The position numbers and the translations under genes were made by a program. The notes under the pieces were generated by a model. The model was not told where the DNA came from. It searched no databases and saw only the letters and a list, made by a program, of their open reading frames with translations. From the IMG/VR virus record IMGVR_UViG_3300036865_000084: DNA of 20,000 nucleotides; one strand, 5' to 3'. This DNA is from an uncultured virus (IMG/VR IMGVR_UViG_3300036865_000084). Taxonomy: Duplodnaviria > Heunggongvirae > Uroviricota > Caudoviricetes. Shown here piece after piece: positions 1 through 5,985 of this stretch; position 1 is the stretch's first letter, and each line of letters starts with the position of its first letter.

Positions 1-297
1 CTTCCGGTGCTTGTCGCCACCGCTCTCGTACTCATGGAGAGCAAGGGCAAGAAGACGACCGACGTCCTCTGGGTAGGCACCCACGACGGCGAGTTCGCGG
101 GCACGTGGGACGACTTCAAGTCGATGAGCATCATGCGCGGGGACCTCGTCATCTGCGGCGACGGATGGTGGCTCGTACGCGAGCCCGCTAGCTACCGGAG
201 CGGCGGCAAGCGTTGGCGCTACATCGAGCCGCCGATCTGCTTGACGACGGCGAAGCCGCTTCGAGAGTGCTGGAGGAAGAAGCGATGCAACGAATAA
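1..297 (+). CDS. Phage hypothetical protein (5' end may lie outside the window)
   Basis: Frame is open from base 1. The pattern GKKTTDVLWVG..DG....WDDF....DLVICGDGWWL.RE resembles a small phage protein family I recall, function unknown. Confidence 0.65.
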   Translation, partial: LPVLVATALVLMESKGKKTTDVLWVGTHDGEFAGTWDDFKSMSIMRGDLVICGDGWWLVREPASYRSGGKRWRYIEPPICLTTAKPLRECWRKKRCNE

Positions 298-482
298 TCG
301 AAGTCAGGACAGAGGGACACGTCTACGAGCTAGACCGTCTCGAGAATGCGCGAGGCGCGGAGCATCCGCCGGTCTTCGCTGTGACCTTCGACCGCCATCA
401 CAGAAAGCCGTTCACGACGCTCGAAAGTGCTTGGGCGTCTATCGAACGGTCGGTGCGCGAAGAGATCGAGAGGTACATGTGA
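285..482 (+). CDS. Hypothetical protein (65 aa, MQRIIEVRT...)
   Basis: ATG at 285 preceded by GGAGG at 272-276; overlaps the upstream stop; its TGA overlaps the next GTG start. Confidence 0.6.
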   Translation: MQRIIEVRTEGHVYELDRLENARGAEHPPVFAVTFDRHHRKPFTTLESAWASIERSVREEIERYM

Positions 483-1009
483 AGCGTCTCGCCCTCCTCT
501 TCCTCAACGGCTGCGCGCTTCTCGCAGGGCTCGACGGCTACGAGCAAGCCTCTCTCGATAGCGGTGCCGCCGAGGCCGCGCCGGCAGCCGACAGTGGAAG
601 CCTGGACGCCGACGCAAGCCTCGACAGCGGCGCGGAGTCTAGCATCGACGGCGGCACCGACAGCGGCAGTAGCGACGCCTCAAGCAGCGACGCCGCCATC
701 GACGCCTCAAGCCCCGACGCCGACGCCGACACGTGCCCGCTCCCGACGTCGCCCGCGACGTGCTCCGGCGGCCAGCCCGGCTACGACAGGCCTGCCACGT
801 TCTTCTTCACCGGTCACGCCGGTTGCGCGGGCGGCTTCACGCAATGTGCTCCCGTCGCGACGCCGGCGCAGTGTCAATGCGCAGGCACGTACAACTGCGC
901 GTGCGTCATGGCGGCGCACGCGGGCGGATACTCGAACTGCGCGCCCGACTCGGGCTACAACGTTACGTGCGATGATTCGTCGGGCACCGTCAACGTCAAC
1001 ATCTACTGA
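479..1009 (+). CDS. Putative lipoprotein with Asp/Ser/Ala/Gly linker and Cys-rich C-terminal domain
   Basis: GTG at 479 (GTGA overlap). N-terminus KRLALLFLNG-C looks like a lipobox; repeated SLDSG/SIDGG/AIDAS linker; 10 Cys in the C-terminal domain. This architecture is typical of myxobacterial surface proteins. Confidence 0.75.
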   Translation: MKRLALLFLNGCALLAGLDGYEQASLDSGAAEAAPAADSGSLDADASLDSGAESSIDGGTDSGSSDASSSDAAIDASSPDADADTCPLPTSPATCSGGQPGYDRPATFFFTGHAGCAGGFTQCAPVATPAQCQCAGTYNCACVMAAHAGGYSNCAPDSGYNVTCDDSSGTVNVNIY

Positions 1010-1018
1010 GGCACCCCC

Positions 1019-1513
1019 ATGATCGTGCACGCATACCTTGGAGAGATCGTCCATCACATGAGCACGGACAAGCGCCGCCGCTTCAGACCGTCCGGGCCCA
1101 TCATGCTGTGCGAGCCGGGCGGCAAGATGCGAAAAGCGTCCGAGCGCCCGAAGGAGAACCCGCGGCAGATGTTCGGCGGCGGAGGCCTCTCGGCGCGCCT
1201 CTTCGTGGGCCTCAATGTCGGCGACACGCCGACGCACTCGATCGAGGACGTCGTCAAGGTCGTCGGCGACAACTACAAGGGCTCGGCGAGCTTCATCGCG
1301 CAGAAGGGCATCTACATCGACGATCACAACCACGCGATTCACGAGGACAGCGTTCAAGTCTTGCTCTTCGCCGACACCGACAGCGAGGAGAAGTTTCTCG
1401 ACGAGATGACGAAGCTCGGAGAGACGCTCGCGTCGAAGCTCCAGCAAGAGAGCGTCGTCTTGGAGCTCCAGAAGAAGGGGATCTCGCAGGGGGTCTACGG
1501 CGTGAGGCCGTAA
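1019..1513 (+). CDS. Putative phage SAM lyase (SAMase)-like / DUF3574-like PII-fold protein
   Basis: RLFVGLN...KGIY(x9)EDSVQV...KLQQESVVLE matches the GxY..E.S/TV.V...QxxV pattern of T3 SAMase-type enzymes as recalled. GAGG 7 nt before ATG 1019; alternative start at ATG 1058. Confidence 0.6.
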   Translation: MIVHAYLGEIVHHMSTDKRRRFRPSGPIMLCEPGGKMRKASERPKENPRQMFGGGGLSARLFVGLNVGDTPTHSIEDVVKVVGDNYKGSASFIAQKGIYIDDHNHAIHEDSVQVLLFADTDSEEKFLDEMTKLGETLASKLQQESVVLELQKKGISQGVYGVRP

Positions 1514-1515
1514 GC

Positions 1516-1524
1516 TGCTACTCT
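1516..1524 (+). promoter_or_regulatory. Putative extended -10 element (TG-c-TACTCT), leaderless start at 1531
   Basis: TACTCT at 1519-1524 lies 6 nt before the ATG; no SD; same spacing recurs at eight other starts. Confidence 0.5.
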
Positions 1525-1530
1525 CGACCC

Positions 1531-1932
1531 ATGGCCGACTGCCCCCTCGAGAGCCCGCCCGCCCCCTGGCGCGTCTGGCCTTGGGCCGTGCCCGCGGAGC
1601 TCGGAGCGTTCGCGCAGGCCGCGCGCGTGCGCGCGTCGGCGCGGCCGGGCGGCTACCCCTACGGCGTCGTCACCGAGACGATCCCCTACGGCAGCCTGCT
1701 CGTCGGCGCGTTTGCTTGTCACCATGACCGCACGGTCAAGCCCGACGGCACCGTCCAGTATGGATGCTACGACGCAGTCACCCTCGTCTACCAAGCCGCG
1801 GCGACCCCCGAGCCGCCGATGCCAGCGAAGACCGATTGGGGCGCCATCGCCGCGGGTACCGCCGCCATCGCGGTCGTCGTGGCCGGGTTTCTGACCGTCA
1901 TCCGCACATCGCCCGCGAGGGCTGCGCGGTGA
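1531..1932 (+). CDS. Hypothetical protein with uncharacterised N-terminal domain and C-terminal membrane anchor
   Basis: ATG 1531 (MADCPLESPP...), in the frame of track ORF 1108..1932; Pro-rich linker then WGAIAAGTAAIAVVVAGFLTVI and a basic tail. Confidence 0.75.
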   Translation: MADCPLESPPAPWRVWPWAVPAELGAFAQAARVRASARPGGYPYGVVTETIPYGSLLVGAFACHHDRTVKPDGTVQYGCYDAVTLVYQAAATPEPPMPAKTDWGAIAAGTAAIAVVVAGFLTVIRTSPARAAR

Positions 1933-2333
1933 GCGCTCTCGCGCGCGCGCTCGTCGGCTTCGCGGCCGGCGGCTTCGCCGGCTACATCGCCGAGACGCTA
2001 TACACCGGTGAAGCAAGATACAGCCACTTCTTCGACGACCGGAAGATCCCCTTTCTCCCCATCTACGGCGTCGGCGCGGCAGCCATCGCCGCAGCGGCGC
2101 CGGCGCTGCATGAAGCCGACGCGCCGTGGTGGCTGCGCTTCGTTTTCTACTCGGCCGGGCTCACCGTCGTCGAGATGGCTGGCTGCGCCATCGACAGAAG
2201 TGCCGGCGATGCATCTTGGAACTACGACAATTCTAAGGCTCTAGCGACGGCGGCCGGCGGCTGCGTGAGTCTTCCGCACTCGCTTCTCTGGGGAGCTCTC
2301 GGCCTTGCCGTTGACCAGCTTGTGATGTTGTAG
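1929..2333 (+). CDS. ABC_trans_CmpB / DUF1113-like membrane protein
   Basis: GTG 1929 (GTGA overlap); motifs GYIAE, PFLPIYGVG, TVVE..G, WNY, GCVSL..SLLWGAL match this family; about 4 hydrophobic segments. Confidence 0.75.
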   Translation: MSALARALVGFAAGGFAGYIAETLYTGEARYSHFFDDRKIPFLPIYGVGAAAIAAAAPALHEADAPWWLRFVFYSAGLTVVEMAGCAIDRSAGDASWNYDNSKALATAAGGCVSLPHSLLWGALGLAVDQLVML

Positions 2334-2465
2334 CGCCGTCACGTTGTCGGCCTGAAGTAGCTCCAAGATGCGCGGCTTCTCGGCTTCGGTGAACGCGACG
2401 GTGCCGTCGCCGACGTGCAGGATCAGGACGTTGCTTCCGATGCGTTCGAGTTTGATCCTGGTCAT
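2241..2465 (-). CDS. Hypothetical protein (74 aa)
   Basis: ATGA-coupled to the upstream receiver gene and fills an otherwise empty gap; its 3' end overlaps the convergent gene by 93 nt. Confidence 0.5.
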   Translation of the reverse strand: MTRIKLERIGSNVLILHVGDGTVAFTEAEKPRILELLQADNVTALQHHKLVNGKAESSPEKRVRKTHAAAGRRR

Positions 2466-2887
2466 TCGTCTTCTCCTGGCGGCAGCGTGGCGGCGCCCGA
2501 GCGCACAACGCGCACGATGACGCTGGAAAGCTCGTCGATCGAGGTCACGGGCTTCGGTACGAACAATGTTGCGCCCTCAAGGCTCCGCGGGTCAATGCCC
2601 GAGGCCGCTCCAGAGAAGACGATGATGGGGATGTTCTCGAAGAACTCGTCGTCGCGCTTGATCTCGAGAAACCGCTGGCCGGACATACGCGGCATGATGA
2701 GATCCAAGATGATGCAGTCGGGCCGCCGCTTCGGGTCGTAGAGGACTCTCAAGCCCTCGACACCGTCGGCCGCCTCGATGACCTCGAAGCCGTCGCCGCG
2801 CAGGAGCCGCGCCACGACATGACGAACGTGCTCGTCATCGTCGATGAGGAGGATGCGGACGCCGATGCCGGGCTGCCCTCTCGTCAC
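2462..2887 (-). CDS. Stand-alone response regulator receiver (CheY-like) protein
   Basis: RILLIDDD acidic pocket, IILDLIMP phospho-acceptor Asp, IIVFSG Ser and FVPKP Lys-Pro are all intact; no output domain; GTG 2887 overlaps the upstream TGA. Confidence 0.92.
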   Translation of the reverse strand: MTRGQPGIGVRILLIDDDEHVRHVVARLLRGDGFEVIEAADGVEGLRVLYDPKRRPDCIILDLIMPRMSGQRFLEIKRDDEFFENIPIIVFSGAASGIDPRSLEGATLFVPKPVTSIDELSSVIVRVVRSGAATLPPGEDE

Positions 2888-3291
2888 GGATGCCCGCCCT
2901 TGTCGTAGTAGTGCTTCACGACGAGCAGGATGATCGCGATGACGATGTACACCGCGCGCTCGCGCCACATCTTGGCCGCCGACACCGACGTCTGGATGAT
3001 GAAGCGCCCGGTGTCGCTGAGCTCGTCTTTCACGCGCTTCTCGCCGCTCTCGAGGCTCCCGAGACGGCGCCCCTGCTCGCGTACGCGGAGCTCCACCGCG
3101 CGAAGGCGCGCGAGGGCGTCTTCTGCCGTCGGCGGCTCGTAGTCGCGGCGGTAGTCGAGGTGGTCAGGCTGCACCTCTTCGCGTACGGGCGAGAAATCGC
3201 GCGACGGCGATCGTGGCCGCATCCCCGGGTCGTCGCGGGGCGCAAGCGGCGGTCTCGGTTGACCCGGTCGGGGCGGCCTCGGCGGCTCCAT
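2884..3291 (-). CDS. Hypothetical membrane protein (Pro-rich N-terminus, coiled coil, C-terminal TM helix)
   Basis: Heptad-like LARLRAVELRVREQGRRLGSLE, then TM AVYIVIAIILLVV; TAGTCT 6 nt upstream of the ATG. Confidence 0.7.
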   Translation of the reverse strand: MEPPRPPRPGQPRPPLAPRDDPGMRPRSPSRDFSPVREEVQPDHLDYRRDYEPPTAEDALARLRAVELRVREQGRRLGSLESGEKRVKDELSDTGRFIIQTSVSAAKMWRERAVYIVIAIILLVVKHYYDKGGHP

Positions 3292-3309
3292 GGGCGAAGA
3301 CTACTATAG

Positions 3310-3663
3310 CTAGAGCTTCATCGCCCGCCGCACGCTCGCGGCCTTCGGGATGTCCGACGCATCGTTCGGCGCGCACGCGTCGCACCAGTAGCCGGCGACG
3401 AGCCGCCGCGTCGCGGGGCCGGCGCACTTGCCGCACGGGGTCACCAGAAGCAAAAGATCGTGAATGAGCTCGTTACGGCCGTTGATCTGGAGCTCGACGA
3501 CGCGGCCGAGGCCCTCAAGCAAACTCGCCGTCACCTCGTCGGCGCGCTGGCGCGCGAGCCGCGCCTCGTGGTCGATTCGGACGAGCAAGGCGTCGAGGCT
3601 GAAGGTCTCGACGCTGGACTTCGACCGCGGAGAGTCAGGGCGCGTATCCGGCTCATCGGGCAT
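3310..3663 (-). CDS. Hypothetical protein with C-terminal CxxC...CxxC zinc-finger-like motif
   Basis: PCGKC...WCDAC. Start moved from 3705 to ATG 3663 because TATACT lies 7 nt upstream and this removes the head-to-head overlap with the selenoprotein gene. Confidence 0.65.
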   Translation of the reverse strand: MPDEPDTRPDSPRSKSSVETFSLDALLVRIDHEARLARQRADEVTASLLEGLGRVVELQINGRNELIHDLLLLVTPCGKCAGPATRRLVAGYWCDACAPNDASDIPKAASVRRAMKL

Positions 3664-3668
3664 CGGAT

Positions 3669-3680
3669 CGAGTATACTCG
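3669..3680. promoter_or_regulatory. Palindromic bidirectional -10 element CGAGTATACTCG
   Basis: Perfect 12-bp palindrome giving TATACT on both strands, 6 nt before ATG 3685 (+) and 7 nt before ATG 3663 (-). Confidence 0.65.
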
Positions 3681-3684
3681 CGTC

Positions 3685-3897
3685 ATGGTCGTCAGAATTC
3701 TCCATTGCTCGATCTGAGGCTACAAGACGAAGGCCGCCGGTCTGGCGGCTGCGCTCCGCGCCAAAGGTGCTGAGGTGACGCTCGGTCTCGGCAACCGCGA
3801 GGCGTTCGACGTCATTGTCGACGGGGAGCTCGTCTACTCGAAGCTCGAGGACGGGCTACTCACGAACGATGCCATTCTGAAACGGATGGGCGTGTAG
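3685..3897 (+). CDS. SelW/SelT/SelH (Rdx family) selenoprotein, CxxU motif, TGA at 3715-3717 read as selenocysteine
   Basis: Reading through the TGA gives MVVRILHCSI-U-GYKTKAAGLAAALRAKGAEVTLGLGNREAFDVIVDGELVYSKLEDGLLTNDAILKRMGV* (70 aa). CxxU-GY and FDV.VDG.LVYSK are Rdx hallmarks; SECIS-like hairpin immediately downstream. Missed by the ORF track. Confidence 0.9.
3715..3750 (+). promoter_or_regulatory. Bacterial SECIS element
   Basis: Stem GCCGCC (3733-3738) / GGCGGC (3744-3749) plus G3732.U3750; apical loop GGUCU follows a 21-nt spacer after the UGA; resembles the GGUC loop of the E. coli fdhF SECIS. Confidence 0.8.
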
Positions 3898-4524
3898 ATA
3901 CGCGACCGCGCTCGGACGATTGAGGCGCTTGTCGGCCGCGAGACCGAGCCACGGCTTCGACGGGAGACTCCACGCGCCGGGGGCGTGAATGAGCAAGTCG
4001 AGCGCTGTCGCCGCGCGTGCGCGGTCCATCCCCTTCCATTCGTGAATCTGCCATGGCCCGAAGGCGAGACCTTCGTCTTCGTTGCCGACGTGCCGCGGGT
4101 TCTTCGCCAAAACACTCTCGCGATGGGCGATGAAGATCAAGCTGACGACGTACTCCGCTTGCTCCTTCACGCCCGCGGCTTCGACGGCGTCAGCGCACTC
4201 GTTCGCGAACGTCGTCCAGCGCGCGAGCCGATCCTCTTTCGTCTCGAGGTTTCTCTCGGCGTACGCCGGCATCAAGCCGACGACGGCGTCGACGGCGTAG
4301 CGGTGGAGCGCGTCGGGAGGCGGCACCTCGGAGGCGGCGGCGGCGGGCTGAGGCGGCGCCGCGGCTGTCGGCGGCACCGCGATCGATGTCGGCGCCACCG
4401 GAGCTACCGCGGCAGGTAGCGCCAGATCGGGAATCGGGCTCGCCTCCGACATCATCAAGCGCATCACGAGCGCAGAGCCGATGAGAACGAACCCGAGAAA
4501 CGCGACGGTGGCGATGAGTTTCAT
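3856..4524 (-). CDS. Membrane-anchored lysozyme-like / lytic transglycosylase-like protein
   Basis: ATG 4524 (MKLIATVAFLGFVLIG, signal or anchor); Pro/Ala linker; IAHRES (catalytic Glu-Ser-like) followed by DEGLAFGPWQIH (GLMQ-like motif). Confidence 0.6.
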   Translation of the reverse strand: MKLIATVAFLGFVLIGSALVMRLMMSEASPIPDLALPAAVAPVAPTSIAVPPTAAAPPQPAAAASEVPPPDALHRYAVDAVVGLMPAYAERNLETKEDRLARWTTFANECADAVEAAGVKEQAEYVVSLIFIAHRESVLAKNPRHVGNEDEGLAFGPWQIHEWKGMDRARAATALDLLIHAPGAWSLPSKPWLGLAADKRLNRPSAVAYLHAHPFQNGIVRE

Positions 4525-4567
4525 GCGGGCGACGCTGCCACGAGGCGGAGCGCGCGGCAAGCGCTGT

Positions 4568-5512
4568 TCAGCCTCCGCCGGCCGGCTCGCTGAAGCCCGG
4601 AGCGCTCGCCTCGATGTAGACCGCGAGGCCCTCTGCGTCGCCGGCGAAGCGCTGAAGATCGACGTGTGTCGCGATGCCGGGGCACGTGCCCGTGTCGCTG
4701 TACTGGTGGAAGTCGTAGCTCGGCGTCGCCGGCAGGCGCACGCCGTAGTGCGCGATCGAGAGGTCGGCGGCAACGCCGTAGAGGTTCATGCTCTTCAAGA
4801 GCGTGTCGCCGATGTAGAGGACGGGCTGCCGCATCGACAGAATCGTCAGCGCGTCGATGCACACAAGCACCTCGTCGCGCGTCGGCGTCACATACCGACC
4901 GTTCACGAGGTACGGCTCGACGTCGATCATCGGCGGGAGCTCTCCCGGGTCGTCGCCGAGCTGCGCGACGAAGTGCTGCATTTGAAGCTTCACGTCGACG
5001 CCGGTGTAGAGGAAGTGGTAGGCGCCGCGGGGGAGGCACCCCTTCGAGTCGGGCCAATTGTCGACGAACGTCTTGTCGACGCCCGAGGCTCCCATCGTCG
5101 CGCGGATGTACGCGTAGAGCTTCTGCCGCCAGTAGAGCGGCGGGGCCGAAGCCGCTTTCTTCCAGTCGATGCTCTTCTGATACTCGCTGACGTCGATGCC
5201 TTCGGCGGGCATCGACACGACGTTCGTATCGGTGATGTCGCCGGTGACTTCGTAGATGGTGACGCCGCGGTGGCGGATGTGATTCTGGAAGTCGGGCGGA
5301 TGAACGTTGACCCACGCAAGGAGCGGTACGCCAGACTTCGCGTCGACGGTGAACTCCCCCGTCGTCGATTGGAAGAGATCCAAGGGCCCGTGGAGAATAT
5401 CCACAGCCCACGCGCTGATCGCGGGCGTCACCTCGCTGTCGTGGAGGGGACGGCAGCCGCCCGGGGGCGGAGGGTTCGGCGGCAGCGGCAACAGCGTCGC
5501 AGGTTGCGTCAC
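4568..5512 (-). CDS. GH25 muramidase (endolysin) with extra N-terminal domain
   Basis: GIDVSEYQ..IDW, YIRATMG, RGAYHF, PPMIDVE (DxE), HQYSDTG..PGI...VDL; GTG 5512 overlaps the upstream TGA. Confidence 0.92.
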   Translation of the reverse strand: MTQPATLLPLPPNPPPPGGCRPLHDSEVTPAISAWAVDILHGPLDLFQSTTGEFTVDAKSGVPLLAWVNVHPPDFQNHIRHRGVTIYEVTGDITDTNVVSMPAEGIDVSEYQKSIDWKKAASAPPLYWRQKLYAYIRATMGASGVDKTFVDNWPDSKGCLPRGAYHFLYTGVDVKLQMQHFVAQLGDDPGELPPMIDVEPYLVNGRYVTPTRDEVLVCIDALTILSMRQPVLYIGDTLLKSMNLYGVAADLSIAHYGVRLPATPSYDFHQYSDTGTCPGIATHVDLQRFAGDAEGLAVYIEASAPGFSEPAGGG

Positions 5513-5793
5513 GTCGTCTGCTTTCGCGCTTGCACCGCGCCCGCGAACCCCGTGACGAGCCATGCCGCGAGGCCGAGCCCCGCAGTCGCGAGCCCGGCTT
5601 CACGCCAGCGAGGGGATAGCGCGGCGGTGACGAGCCCGCCTCCCGCCGCCAGCGCGAGCCCGGCTTGCGGATTCGCGACCAAGGCGCCCGCGCCTGCGCC
5701 GAGCGCCAACGCGCCGAGGCCGAAGGCGACGTTTCCGATCGAAGTCGTCGGCGGCGACAACGGGTTTTCGCGGCGACGCTTCGCGAGCTTCAT
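5509..5793 (-). CDS. Small Gly/Ala-rich multi-pass membrane protein (holin-like or virion membrane protein), 94 aa
   Basis: ATG 5793 (MKLAKRRRENPLSPP...), 2-3 hydrophobic helices; coupled by ATGA upstream and GTGA downstream to the GH25 lysin. Confidence 0.7.
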   Translation of the reverse strand: MKLAKRRRENPLSPPTTSIGNVAFGLGALALGAGAGALVANPQAGLALAAGGGLVTAALSPRWREAGLATAGLGLAAWLVTGFAGAVQARKQTT

Positions 5794-5960
5794 CGCTGGG
5801 GCCTCACTGGGCCGCGCCGAGGCGCGCGGCTCGAGTTGCCCATGCCGTCGGCGACACTGCCTCCATGGCCCGCCGTCAGATCGGCGATCGTGCCGAGGAA
5901 GACGAGCTCGGGCTTCACATAGGGCTTCTTGACGGGCTGCTTCTTCTCGTCGTCGGGCAT
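5790..5960 (-). CDS. Lasso-peptide-type RiPP precursor (56 aa)
   Basis: MPDDEKKQPVKKPYVKPELVFLGTIADLTA|GHGGSVADGMGNSSRAPRRGPVRPQR*: exact YxxPxLxxxGxxxxxT leader, Thr at -2, core Gly1 and Asp8. Own TG-a-TACGCT -10 element 6 nt upstream; ATGA overlap with the next gene. Below the ORF-track size cut-off. Confidence 0.85.
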   Translation of the reverse strand: MPDDEKKQPVKKPYVKPELVFLGTIADLTAGHGGSVADGMGNSSRAPRRGPVRPQR

Positions 5961-5985
5961 GCCTCGAGCGTATCATGAAGCCAGG
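5961..5985. promoter_or_regulatory. Divergent promoter in a 25-bp gap (overlapping -10 elements)
   Basis: Minus strand TACGCT (5972-5967) with upstream TG, 6 nt before ATG 5960; plus strand TATCAT (5971-5976), 9 nt before ATG 5986. Confidence 0.5.

Noticed and set aside
545..730. Imperfect repeats (ASLDSGA twice, SIDGG, AIDAS) as a DNA repeat array or CRISPR
   Set aside because: They are degenerate, irregularly spaced and explained by a low-complexity protein linker; there is no constant repeat-spacer structure.
3460..3717. Track ORF 3460..3717 (+) as an 85-aa protein
   Set aside because: Most of it is antisense to 3310..3663; only the last 11 codons are real, as the start of the selenoprotein.
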